64,000 bases of DNA from Acidobacteriota bacterium (GCA_019244185.1 JAFATB010000023.1:256001-320000); one strand, 5' to 3'. Positions 49,576 through 58,160 are shown, numbered from the stretch's first letter. The notes: a model not told the origin generated them from the letters alone. Numbers and translations are program-made.

Positions 49576-51000
49576 TCAGCGCGGGCGGTAACGCAGCCCG
49601 TCGATGACCACCGCGTCGCCGTCGATGTTCAGCGTGTGCGTGCCGATCAGCTCCGCGTTCCAGTCCGGCTCGATCGTGCCGGCGGCGCGCTCTTCGTACG
49701 CTTCCGTGGTGAGCGTGACGATCTCGCGGAGCGCGATCGAATGGCCGTAGCGGCGCGCGCCGTTTTGCGCGGGACGCAGCAGGCGTCCGTCGCGGAGGAA
49801 CGGCCGTCCCGCGCAACGTCCCGCCGTGACGTCGATCATCAGCGGATTGCGCGGATGCGACGTCCACGGACCGAGCGGCGAGTCGGCGTGATAGAGCGAG
49901 AGCTCGTCGTAGGTCTCGCCGTCGGGGGCCGTCGAGACGTAGAGCCACCAGCGGCCCGCGTGCTCGAAGAGCGTCGCGTCGACGGCGCGCAGTCCGCGCA
50001 TCAGCGTCGCGTGCGGCTCCCATTCATACGGAAAGTTCGTCGCGCGATACAGCTCGATCGTTTCGTTCTCGCCGGTCTCGGGAAGCATGTAGTGCGCGCC
50101 GTTCCACGCGAAGACGCACGGATAGGAGAGGTGATACGGACGGGTGAGGACGGTGCGCGGAGATGACGCGGTGCCGTCGCGCCGCAGCTCCATCACCGCG
50201 ATCGTGCCGCGGTTTTCGGCGAAGAGCATCTCCTCGACGAAGAGCCACGTGTGCGCGCCGTCCTGGAAGACGAACGGATCCGCCCAAAGACGATCGTCGG
50301 GCGGCAGCAGCGCGTGGAACTTCGCGTAGTCGTGATGGCCGAAGCCGAAGGCGACGAACCACTGCTCGTTCATGGTGCGGTCGCGTTTCCGCTGCCGCAG
50401 GAACGCGCGCGCACGTTGCGCGAGCACGCTGCCGCGCGACGTTGACGGTTTCTCCGCCGGCAGTTCGAGTCGCGGCGGCAGCTCCTGCGTGCGATGCAAC
50501 CGCGCAAGCTCGGAGATGATCAGCGACGCGGCTTTCGCGAAGAGGCGGCTCGTGCCGCGGCGGAGCGAGATCGCATCGACGGCCGCGCGTGCGCTCGCGA
50601 TCGGACGGCCGTCCGCTTCGAGAAGCGCGAGCGTGGTGTCGCGCGCGGACGCGAGCTCCGCGAGCGCATCGGACGTACGCAGCGTCCAGACGCCGAAGCG
50701 TGGGGCGAGGTCGGGGAGCCGCGTGCCAGGCGCGAAGTCGAGAACGACGTCGACGTCGTCGTTGTCGTTCGCATTCAACGCGATCTCCCGCGGCTCGAAC
50801 GCGGAGCCCGCGCGGCGAAACACGACGTCGTCGAGCTGCTCGTACAACGTGCGCCGTTCGCGCGCGCGCGGCGCGCCTTCGACGACGCGCACGATGCGCG
50901 CAAAGTCGGCGTCGCGGATGGCGTCGACGACGCGCGCGATCCACGCCGGCTGCGGCGACGGAGCGATGCGGACGGCGACGCGCAGCGGGGCGTTCGGCAC
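49576..51000 (-). CDS. EPS-associated beta-propeller glycosidase-like protein (GINT1 N-terminal-like)
   Basis: WADPF, LF.E, HLSYP, YM.PE, FPYEW, VDAT, W..HP.NP, R.AG, RPAQ....YG, GTHT.N. Confidence 0.72.
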   Translation of the reverse strand: MPNAPLRVAVRIAPSPQPAWIARVVDAIRDADFARIVRVVEGAPRARERRTLYEQLDDVVFRRAGSAFEPREIALNANDNDDVDVVLDFAPGTRLPDLAPRFGVWTLRTSDALAELASARDTTLALLEADGRPIASARAAVDAISLRRGTSRLFAKAASLIISELARLHRTQELPPRLELPAEKPSTSRGSVLAQRARAFLRQRKRDRTMNEQWFVAFGFGHHDYAKFHALLPPDDRLWADPFVFQDGAHTWLFVEEMLFAENRGTIAVMELRRDGTASSPRTVLTRPYHLSYPCVFAWNGAHYMLPETGENETIELYRATNFPYEWEPHATLMRGLRAVDATLFEHAGRWWLYVSTAPDGETYDELSLYHADSPLGPWTSHPRNPLMIDVTAGRCAGRPFLRDGRLLRPAQNGARRYGHSIALREIVTLTTEAYEERAAGTIEPDWNAELIGTHTLNIDGDAVVIDGLRYRPR

Positions 51001-51013
51001 GCGGGCGCGGCGG

Positions 51014-51029
51014 TGCAGAAGTGACGCCA
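51014..51029 (-). promoter_or_regulatory. Sigma54 box at the head of the EPS biosynthesis genes
   Basis: TGGCGTCACTTCTGCA, immediately downstream of the palindromic element. Confidence 0.62.
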
Positions 51030-51030
51030 G

Positions 51031-51156
51031 TCAGAAAAGACGAATGAAGAACGCAGAACGCAGAATGAAGAACGTAGAAAAGAGAAACGGGCGACGTGCG
51101 GATTCGCGCGTCGCCCGTTTCAACATTCTGTGTTCTGCGTTCTGCGTTCTGAATTC
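51031..51156. repeat. Heptamer-built palindromic element with central hairpin (likely terminator of the 53100-51178 gene)
   Basis: (GAA-N4)n left arm, (TTCTGCG)n right arm, central stem 51084-51121 followed by TCTTTTCT on the minus strand. Confidence 0.8.
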
Positions 51157-51177
51157 AAGCCGCGCAGCGGCGTCTTT

Positions 51178-53100
51178 CTAAGACGCGCGGCGCTTCGCGG
51201 CCGCCGTCTTGGTCGTGCCATACGTGCTGGCGCGCGGCGACGTGTTGCCCGACCCGTCGACCGCTTCGAGCGCGTAGGTGTAGCGCGTGCCGGAGAGGAG
51301 GCCGGTGTCGACGTACGACTGCGTCGTGATGCGCGCGATCTGCACGCCGTTGCGATAGAGCACGTACGCGGCGATGCCGACGTTGTCGAACGACTTGCCC
51401 CACGACAGCGAGATGGACGTCGTGGTGACGGCGGCGGGGCTGAACGGCAGCGGGATCGTCGGCGCCTGCACGTCGCCGGTGCCGGGGTTCGGCGCGGACG
51501 CGACGGTGGCCACGGCGACGGTCGCGCTGCGCGCGGACTCGAGGCCGTTCGTGCCGATCGCGGAGACGGCGTAGGAGTACGTGGCCGCGGAGGCGAGGCC
51601 GGTGTCGACCCACGTCGTCGAGGCGGTGGTGCCGAGGGCCACGCCGTTGCGGTACATCGTGTAGTTCTTCACCGAGCCGGTGGAGGCGCTCCAGTTGATC
51701 GTGACGGTCGTGCCGGACGCGGAGCCGGTCACGTTGACCGGAACGCTCGGAGCCACCGGCGCGGGCGCGGAGGCGCTGCTGAACTCCTGCGCGCCGATGT
51801 CGTACGAGCTCGTGCGCGCCACGCCGAAGTAATCGTTCGTGACGGTGGCCACGTCGGCGCCGCGGCCGATGAGCGGCGAGGTCGAGGTCAGCTTGTAGTC
51901 GGCCGCGGTGACGCCGCCCGGATTCACGAAACCGGGGTTGAGCAGCACGTCGCCGATGCCCGCGGCCACGCCGGCGATGCCGCCGTACCACGCGTTGTTC
52001 TTGAAGGTCGTGCCGGCGCCTTCGATGTTCGGCGTGTTGACGCCGCCGTTCTGGTAGAAGACGTTGTTCACGAAGAGATTGTTCGCGTGCGCGTCCTGCG
52101 CGATCCAGATCATCTGCTGCGCGGACTTGTAGAACGTGTTGTTCGCCACGACCGCGTTCTTGAGGCCGCCGCCGTTGTCGTACGCGCCGTAGAAGAAGCC
52201 CCAGCGCGTGTTGACGACGATGTTGTTCGTCCACGTGTTGTCGGACGACGGGAGCGAGCTGTCGTAGACCTCGTTGGCCGTGCCGAAGCCGCAGGCGGGC
52301 ATGCCGTCGCGGAAGTAGCGCGAGAGGCCGGTGCTGTAGATGAGGTTCGCGTTGGTGGTGATGAAGCGCGAGTTGTCGACGTAGACGCCGACGCTGAAGT
52401 TGTCGCGGATGGTGTTGTTCTGGACGAGATCGTTCTGCGCGAGGATCGTCACCACGCCTTCGCCGTCGTTCTCGTAGATCGTGTTGTTCGTCACGCGCGA
52501 GTCGTTCGTGCGGACGAGCGAGACGCCGGTGGCCCAGCCGCCGTTCCAGTTGTGCGCCTGGTTCTCGATGACGTTGTGATAGACGGTGTTGCTGTCGACG
52601 GAGTTGTTGTAGCTCTGGCCGAAGCCTTCCGCGCCGACGTAGATGCCGTTGCGAAAGTTGTCGTGGACGGTGTTGTTGATCAGCGTGACGTCGTGCGAGC
52701 CGTAGCTGCAGAGGCCGATCGAGACGCCATTGCGGATCTCGAAGCCGCCGAGGGTGACGAACGCCGCTTCCGAGACGGTGACGACGTTGTTGCCGGTGCC
52801 GACGTTCGCGCCGTCGAAGATGACCTTCTCGTTGGGGTAGGGCTGGAAGGTGATGCGCGCGGTCGCCGTGCCTTTGGAGCCGATCATCACGCGCTCGCTG
52901 TAGATGCCGCCGCGGACCTGAACCGTGTCGCCCGGTTTCACCGCGTACGAGGCGCGCGTCACCGTCTTGAACGGAGCGGCGAGCGAGCCGGCGTTGGCAT
53001 CATTTCCGCTGGTAGCGACGTAGTAAGTCGCGGCGTGGGCGGTGGCGGTGGAGAGCACCGCGAAAAGGACTGCGGCTACGGCAACTTTGAACGAACGCAT
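51178..53100 (-). CDS. Secreted right-handed beta-helix (polysaccharide lyase/pectinase-like) protein with two FnIII domains
   Basis: Signal peptide, YYVA..GND.N.GS...PF.T, PGDTV.VRGG.Y, Asn-ladder repeats, DIGA.E, two FnIII modules; AGGAGG RBS. Confidence 0.85.
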   Translation of the reverse strand: MRSFKVAVAAVLFAVLSTATAHAATYYVATSGNDANAGSLAAPFKTVTRASYAVKPGDTVQVRGGIYSERVMIGSKGTATARITFQPYPNEKVIFDGANVGTGNNVVTVSEAAFVTLGGFEIRNGVSIGLCSYGSHDVTLINNTVHDNFRNGIYVGAEGFGQSYNNSVDSNTVYHNVIENQAHNWNGGWATGVSLVRTNDSRVTNNTIYENDGEGVVTILAQNDLVQNNTIRDNFSVGVYVDNSRFITTNANLIYSTGLSRYFRDGMPACGFGTANEVYDSSLPSSDNTWTNNIVVNTRWGFFYGAYDNGGGLKNAVVANNTFYKSAQQMIWIAQDAHANNLFVNNVFYQNGGVNTPNIEGAGTTFKNNAWYGGIAGVAAGIGDVLLNPGFVNPGGVTAADYKLTSTSPLIGRGADVATVTNDYFGVARTSSYDIGAQEFSSASAPAPVAPSVPVNVTGSASGTTVTINWSASTGSVKNYTMYRNGVALGTTASTTWVDTGLASAATYSYAVSAIGTNGLESARSATVAVATVASAPNPGTGDVQAPTIPLPFSPAAVTTTSISLSWGKSFDNVGIAAYVLYRNGVQIARITTQSYVDTGLLSGTRYTYALEAVDGSGNTSPRASTYGTTKTAAAKRRAS

Positions 53101-53152
53101 CAGGGCCTCCTGGTGCGGATCACCTCGCGCCGGAACGCCCTGACTTCAGGGG

Positions 53153-53193
53153 AACAGAAGAAACATGCGCGGCGTCTTGCCGCCGCCTCATGC
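53153..53193 (-). terminator. Intrinsic terminator in the riboswitch leader (expression platform)
   Basis: Minus strand CATG-AG-GCGGCG-loop-CGCCGC-G-CATG followed by TTTCTTCTGTT. Confidence 0.65.
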
Positions 53194-53200
53194 ATCACCT

Positions 53201-53290
53201 GATCACGTTCGGTAGCCCGGCTTTCTGGCTCGTCCAGATCCGTGGCTTTGCGTCCCTCCGTCGCCGGAGGTTTGCCTTTATCGTGCGACC
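53201..53290 (-). ncRNA. c-di-GMP-I (GEMM-I) riboswitch aptamer
   Basis: Minus strand CACGAUAAAGGCAAACCUCCG-GCGA-CGGAGGGACGCAAAGCCACGGAUCUGG...CCAGAAAGCCGGGCUACCGAACGUG matches the GGCAAACC/GNRA/GGGACGCAAAGCC/UACCG consensus. Confidence 0.9.
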
Positions 53291-53454
53291 GCTAAATTGT
53301 TATTCGGCGTAACGAATCTGCTGCGCCGATATTCCGGGAGATCGTGTAAGTCGTTGAATCGAATGGCGAACTCGACGATATACGCGATTTCCGAGTGAGC
53401 AAATAATATAGCACGGTCGCGCTTCGCGCGTGACGCGGATCACAGAACCGACAA

Positions 53455-54090
53455 ATGAGCGAGGAAGCCAATCAGCGGATGATCCGCGACCAGATCGTCG
53501 CCCGCGGCGTCGCCGACGCGCGCGTCCTCGCCGCGTTCCGCGCCACGCCCCGCGAGCTCTTCGTCCCGCCCGCGTTCCGCCAGTCCGCGTACGACGACAA
53601 CCCGCTGCCGCTCGCGCACGGGCAGACGATCTCGCAGCCGTTCATCGTCGCGCTGATGACCGAGCTTCTGCAGCTGCGCGGCGATGAGAACGTTCTCGAG
53701 ATCGGCGCGGGCTCCGGCTACCAGACCGCGATCCTCGCGCGGCTCGCGCGCACGGTCTACAGCGCCGAGCTCGAGCCCGATCTCGCCGTGGCCGCGCGCG
53801 ACCGCCTCGCGCACCTCGGCATCGACAACGTCGAGCTGCGCGCCGGCGACGGCGTGGCGCTCTTTCAGGAGCACGCTCCGTTCGACGCGATCCTCTCCGC
53901 CGCCGCGCCAGAATTCTTTCCGGAAGCCCTGATCGACCAGCTTGCGGAAGGCGGGCGTTGCATCCTTCCGGTCGGCGCGGCCGACCTGCAGCATCTCTGG
54001 CTCGTCGAGAAACGCAACGGCCGCGTCGACCGGCAGCGGCTCGATGCCGTGCGCTTCGTCCCGCTGCGTGAGGGACGCGATCGGACGTAA
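53455..54090 (+). CDS. pcm: Protein-L-isoaspartate O-methyltransferase
   Basis: PRE.FV, AY.D.PLP...GQTISQP, VLEIG.GSGYQ.A.L, APFDAI, QL..GG, VRFVPL. Confidence 0.95.
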   Translation: MSEEANQRMIRDQIVARGVADARVLAAFRATPRELFVPPAFRQSAYDDNPLPLAHGQTISQPFIVALMTELLQLRGDENVLEIGAGSGYQTAILARLARTVYSAELEPDLAVAARDRLAHLGIDNVELRAGDGVALFQEHAPFDAILSAAAPEFFPEALIDQLAEGGRCILPVGAADLQHLWLVEKRNGRVDRQRLDAVRFVPLREGRDRT

Positions 54091-54111
54091 GCGATCAACC
54101 GTAGGGTGCGA

Positions 54112-54477
54112 TCAGCCGTAGTAGTGGCAGCGCGAGGTGCAGGTCTCCTCGATCGTCACGCGATGAAGCTGCGGGACGAGCGACGCGAGCCGCGACCAGA
54201 TCCACATCGCCAGCCGCTCCGACGTCGGGTTCTCGAGTCCGGCCAGGTCGTTGAGCAGATAGTGATCGAGCTCGTCGACGATCGGGTCGACGGCGCGCTT
54301 GAGGTCGGCGAAATCCATTACCCAGCCGAGGTGCGGGTCGATGGGGCCGCGGACGGCGACCTCGCCGCGGAACGAGTGTCCGTGGATGCGGCGGCACTTG
54401 TGTCCCTCCGGCACGTTCGGGAGGAAGTGCGCGGCCTCGAAGCGGAAATCCTTCACGAGCTCGACGACGTCGCTCAC
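54112..54477 (-). CDS. queD: 6-carboxytetrahydropterin synthase
   Basis: FEAAH.LP, KC.RIHGHS, DF..LK, LDH..LN, LENPTSE, ETCTS. Confidence 0.93.
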   Translation of the reverse strand: MSDVVELVKDFRFEAAHFLPNVPEGHKCRRIHGHSFRGEVAVRGPIDPHLGWVMDFADLKRAVDPIVDELDHYLLNDLAGLENPTSERLAMWIWSRLASLVPQLHRVTIEETCTSRCHYYG

Positions 54478-54516
54478 GCCGCGGAGTGTATCGCCATGGA
54501 CGTGCAAACTCCGATC

Positions 54517-54532
54517 TGGTAAACGTCTTGCT
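54517..54532 (+). promoter_or_regulatory. Sigma54-like box upstream of the holin-like/DUF3618 pair
   Basis: TGGTAAACGTCTTGCT. Confidence 0.55.
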
Positions 54533-54548
54533 GACGGACGTTCTCGTC

Positions 54549-54968
54549 ATGAGCGATTTCAGCGCAGCCGAGCAAGACCGGTCCCTCGGCACGATCATCA
54601 AGGACCTCACCGCCGATCTCTCGACGCTCTTCCGCAGCGAGATCGCGCTCCTCAAACTCGAGATCCGCGACACGCTCGCGAAGCTCGGCGGCGGCGCGGG
54701 TCTTCTTGCCGGCGCGCTGTTTCTCGGGTTCGTCGGACTCGCGTTTCTCTTCGTCACCATCACTCTCGGCTTGGTCGCGCTCGGCGTGCCGGCCTGGCTG
54801 TCGGCGCTGATCGTCACGGTCGTGCTCTTCATCGGCGCGGGCGTGCTGGCCATGCTCGGCAAGAAGAAGCTCTCGGGCGTGCAGTTCGTCCCGAGCCAGT
54901 CCGTCGAGCAGATCAAATCCGACATCGACACGATCAAAGCGGACATCGCCCGCGTGAGGAGCAGGTAA
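54549..54968 (+). CDS. YqjE/DUF1469-type 'phage holin family' membrane protein
   Basis: RSLG.....L..D.S.L.R.EI.L.K.E followed by two TMs and P......IK.D. Confidence 0.78.
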   Translation: MSDFSAAEQDRSLGTIIKDLTADLSTLFRSEIALLKLEIRDTLAKLGGGAGLLAGALFLGFVGLAFLFVTITLGLVALGVPAWLSALIVTVVLFIGAGVLAMLGKKKLSGVQFVPSQSVEQIKSDIDTIKADIARVRSR

Positions 54969-55283
54969 ATGGCGGTCATGGATGAAAAGGCGAGCATCGA
55001 GCACGAGATCGCCCGCGCGCGGAACGACTTCGGCAATCGCATCGACGAGCTCGATCGCACGTTGCGCACGAACTACGATCCGGGCACGCTCGCGCGCCAG
55101 TACGCGCCGCAGATCGTCGCCGGCGGCGCGGTCCTCGGCGTCATCGTCGGCTTCGGCCTGCCGAAGGTCTTCCGCAAGCTCGTGACGTGGGGCGTGCCGC
55201 TCGCGATCGTCGGCATGACCATCAAGAACGTACGCGAGCGCAAAGACGCCGAAGAAGCGCGCACGATGGTCGGGCTGGCGTAG
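54969..55283 (+). CDS. DUF3618-like small membrane-anchored protein
   Basis: IE.EIA.AR......IDEL N-terminus plus C-terminal TMs; usual partner of the preceding family. Confidence 0.6.
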   Translation: MAVMDEKASIEHEIARARNDFGNRIDELDRTLRTNYDPGTLARQYAPQIVAGGAVLGVIVGFGLPKVFRKLVTWGVPLAIVGMTIKNVRERKDAEEARTMVGLA

Positions 55284-55416
55284 GCGCGTCAGGCGGCGAT
55301 GCGAGCAGCAACGGACTGCGTGCGATCGAACGCGGGCGGCTTTCGCCTGCGATCGAACAGCGTCCGATCATCGTCTGCGATCCGGGGCTGATCGATCCGC
55401 GGCCGTGCCGTGGCGG

Positions 55417-56127
55417 TTACGCCGTGGCGCTCTGCATCTCCGCGAGCGCCATCTCCAGTGCGGCGCTCTTGAGCTGCTCCTGTTCGCTGAGGTACTCGAC
55501 CTCGGCCTGGCGCGTGGCGGCGGAGGAGAGCTCGCGTTGGCCGAGGATGCAGGACCAGACCAGGAAGACGTCTTCGAAGGCGACCCAGCCGGCATGTTCG
55601 AGGAAGCGCCACCATTCGGGGTTGGCGACGCCGTAGACCGACTCCGGCCAGAGGATGCCGCGCAAGAAGTGGTCGGCGGCGACGACGATAGTCGCGGTCA
55701 GAATGACGGTCCAGTCGAGATAGAACGCGAGGAACGCCAGCGACCCGAAGACGTGAAAGTGCGTTTCGATGCGGCCGCCGGTGAGGTGGATGAGCAAGGC
55801 CGACGACAGCATCTGCGAAGCGGCGATGACGTGGCGCGTCATCAACCTTCCGGGCCGCAGGAGCGCGAGCAGCACGGGCAGGATCGTGATTCCCGCTCCG
55901 GCGAGCACCGCCACCCAGACGTGCATGTGCAGCGCGCGCTCTTTCCCTTCCCATGCATAGGGCGAGACGACGAGCGCGCCGATGATGCCGGCGACGTACT
56001 GCACGACGAGGAGGACGGCGAACATGCGGTCCACTTTCGCGCGGCGGAGTGTCAGTTGCGCGTCGCGCAATTCCGCGGCACGTTCGGACGTGTGCGCATT
56101 GCCGGCGCCGGACATCGAGTCGCTCAT
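55417..56127 (-). CDS. Stand-alone RedC-like membrane sensor domain (no kinase)
   Basis: SP..W.G, TRH.IA..QML..ALLIHLTGGRIETHFHVFGSLAFL, DH..RG..WP.SVYG, WRFLEHA.WV.FED; stops after a short helix. Confidence 0.72.
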   Translation of the reverse strand: MSDSMSGAGNAHTSERAAELRDAQLTLRRAKVDRMFAVLLVVQYVAGIIGALVVSPYAWEGKERALHMHVWVAVLAGAGITILPVLLALLRPGRLMTRHVIAASQMLSSALLIHLTGGRIETHFHVFGSLAFLAFYLDWTVILTATIVVAADHFLRGILWPESVYGVANPEWWRFLEHAGWVAFEDVFLVWSCILGQRELSSAATRQAEVEYLSEQEQLKSAALEMALAEMQSATA

Positions 56128-56720
56128 CGAGTCTCCTTCTTTTCGATCGCGCAACCGAACACGGGATGCGCACCGTTGCCGTTGCCGGACGTCGCGATGC
56201 GGATCACGTCCTCGCGCCCTTTGTTGATGCCGCTGTGACCGCGCAGCGACGTGATGCCGCCAGCGAAGCGCAGCCGCGCCTGACGGTCGTACAGCAGGAT
56301 CGTGCCGGACGTGTAGCCGCCGAATCGCTTCGCCTCTTTGCCGTCTTCATCGATGATGACGTGGACCCTGCGCAGGCGCGAAGCGGCGTCGAGGACGGAG
56401 CCGCGTTCCCAGCCGGGACGCGCGTCGTGAGGGCGATAGACGAGGACGTAGGGTTGGACCGCGGGCGATTTCTCGAGGATAGCCTCGAGCTCCTCCATGC
56501 TGGCGCGGCTGCAGGAACAGCGCGGATGCACGAGCATGACCAGCGTCCATTCACCGCTGTGCCGCGGCACCACCGTGGACGAGGGCCACGCGGCACCGGC
56601 GACGGCGGCTTCGCCGGGCGTCGTTTCGAAATGGCGGATGGCGGCGAACGCCGTCGCGATGGTGACGGCCCACAGCAGCGACGCGGCGACGATGATGATG
56701 CGGGCGAGCGGCGTTCTCAT
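56124..56720 (-). CDS. RedB-like exported thioredoxin-fold protein
   Basis: N-terminal TM, HPRCSCSRAS..EL, D..G.EA..FG..TSG, GGIT..RGH.G.N.G, PVFGC. Confidence 0.75.
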   Translation of the reverse strand: MRTPLARIIIVAASLLWAVTIATAFAAIRHFETTPGEAAVAGAAWPSSTVVPRHSGEWTLVMLVHPRCSCSRASMEELEAILEKSPAVQPYVLVYRPHDARPGWERGSVLDAASRLRRVHVIIDEDGKEAKRFGGYTSGTILLYDRQARLRFAGGITSLRGHSGINKGREDVIRIATSGNGNGAHPVFGCAIEKKETR

Positions 56721-56893
56721 TGTCGTTTCAGGGCCAGCAGCGGCGACATCGGCTGCTTGTCTTTCTCGAACTTGATCCGGCTCGCGGTGAGCAGCTCGAT
56801 GCGTTGTCCGAGCGGGATGGCCGCGAACTCCGCGGGCGTCAGCTTCGCGATCCGGCCATCCGGATACGTGATCGTGGCAACGTCAAAGTTCAT
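56717..56893 (-). CDS. 58-aa hypothetical protein
   Basis: GGAG RBS before ATG 56893; ATGA-coupled to the RedB-like gene; upstream sigma70 promoter. Confidence 0.65.
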   Translation of the reverse strand: MNFDVATITYPDGRIAKLTPAEFAAIPLGQRIELLTASRIKFEKDKQPMSPLLALKRQ

Positions 56894-56932
56894 CGACCAC
56901 TCCGGAGCTCTCTCTTGGGCGGGGTGCAAAGC

Positions 56933-56961
56933 AGTGTAAGAGAACGATTCCCGACGTGCAA
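56933..56961 (-). promoter_or_regulatory. Sigma70-type promoter of the small ORF-RedB-RedC' operon
   Basis: TTGCAC-N17-TACACT on the minus strand. Confidence 0.6.
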
Positions 56962-56978
56962 GCGCGGCTGCAACCTCC

Positions 56979-58061
56979 TCACTTCACCCGCACATACCGC
57001 GCGCCCGGCAGCGCGCGGATCCAGCCTCCGAGCTCGAGCTGCAGCAGATCGTTCGCGAGTGAGGCCGACGGTTTGCCGCCGAGCTTCTGCGTGAGCGTGT
57101 CGATGTGCGCGCCCTCATCGTGCGTGAGCGCCGCGAGCACGTCGGCGAGGGCGGGCGGCGGCGGCTCGGGCGGCGGCGCGGATGCGAGTTGGAAATCGCC
57201 GGGGAGTTCTTCGACGATGTCGTTCGCGTCGTGCACGAGCTTCGCGCCGTATTGAATCAGCCGATGCGTGCCCTCGGAGCCGGCGGAGAAGATCGAGCCG
57301 GGGACGGCGAAGACTTCGCGTCCTTGTTCCGCCGCCATGCGCGCGGTGACCAGCGAGCCGCTGTGGCGCGTCGCCTCGACGATCACCGTGCCGAGCGCGA
57401 GTCCGGAGATGACGCGGTTGCGGATCGGGAAGTGCTCGCGCTTCGGCGGTGCGCCGGGCGGGAACTCGCTGACGATCAAGCCTTCGCGTTCGATGCTCCG
57501 GAACAGACGTGCATTCGAGCGCGGATAGACGACGTCGATGCCGGTGCCGAGCACCGCGATGGTCTTGCCGTTCGCGGCGAGCGCCGCGTGGTGTGCGGCG
57601 GCGTCGATGCCGAGGGCGAGCCCGGAGACGATCGTGAGTCCGGCGGAGGCGAGCGCGCGCGTGAGGTGTTGCGCGGCGTTGATCGCGTACGGCGACGCGC
57701 GGCGCGAGCCGACGACGGCGACCGCGGGCTTCGCGAGCAGCGAGACATCGCCGCGCACGTGCAGCACGAGCGGCGGATCGGCGATCTCGCGCAGCAGCGG
57801 CGGATACGCATCATCGACGAGCGTCACCACGCGTTCGCGCAGCGCGTCGACGAGCGGCCGTGTTTTCGGTGTTAACGGATTCCTTACGTCTTCGGCTTGC
57901 GCCGGAGTTACGCTCAGCAAACCTTCGATCGTGCTGGATGAAGCCTGTCGAACGGAGTCGATCGGTTCGAAGACATCCAGCAGCAGGCGAGTCCGATTCG
58001 GGGTGAGAAAGGGGAAGAGCGAGAGCGCGATGAGGATGTCGCGCGCGGCGGGATCGTTCAT
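56979..58061 (-). CDS. dprA: DNA-processing protein DprA
   Basis: YP.LL.EI.DPP, AVVGSR, VSGLALGID..AH, VLG.G.D..YP, FP.RNR.ISGL, VEA...SGSL.TA, GREVFAVPG. Confidence 0.95.
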   Translation of the reverse strand: MNDPAARDILIALSLFPFLTPNRTRLLLDVFEPIDSVRQASSSTIEGLLSVTPAQAEDVRNPLTPKTRPLVDALRERVVTLVDDAYPPLLREIADPPLVLHVRGDVSLLAKPAVAVVGSRRASPYAINAAQHLTRALASAGLTIVSGLALGIDAAAHHAALAANGKTIAVLGTGIDVVYPRSNARLFRSIEREGLIVSEFPPGAPPKREHFPIRNRVISGLALGTVIVEATRHSGSLVTARMAAEQGREVFAVPGSIFSAGSEGTHRLIQYGAKLVHDANDIVEELPGDFQLASAPPPEPPPPALADVLAALTHDEGAHIDTLTQKLGGKPSASLANDLLQLELGGWIRALPGARYVRVK

Positions 58062-58160
58062 GCGTTGCGTGAGGGCGCCGGAAGGCGCGCGCGGACGGAA
58101 CGTCCACGGCAGCGGGAACGGCCGCAGTATAAACTCTTCGCTCGACAGAAGGAGACTGGG

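Noticed and set aside
51031-51156. Periodic repeats considered as a CRISPR array
   Set aside because: 7-nt tandem units in an inverted arrangement, with no 25-40 nt repeats, no unique spacers and no cas genes
53201-53290. Riboswitch as the cGAMP-sensing GEMM-Ib variant
   Set aside because: The specificity position reads G (AAAGGCAAA), not the A of the cGAMP class; needs experimental confirmation
54549-54968. Holin suggesting a prophage
   Set aside because: YqjE/DUF1469-type family paired with a DUF3618-like gene; no phage structural, lysin or integrase genes nearby
55284-55416. Short repeated TGCGATCGAAC words between convergent genes
   Set aside because: Only 2-3 imperfect copies in GC-rich DNA where CGATCG is very common; no convincing structure
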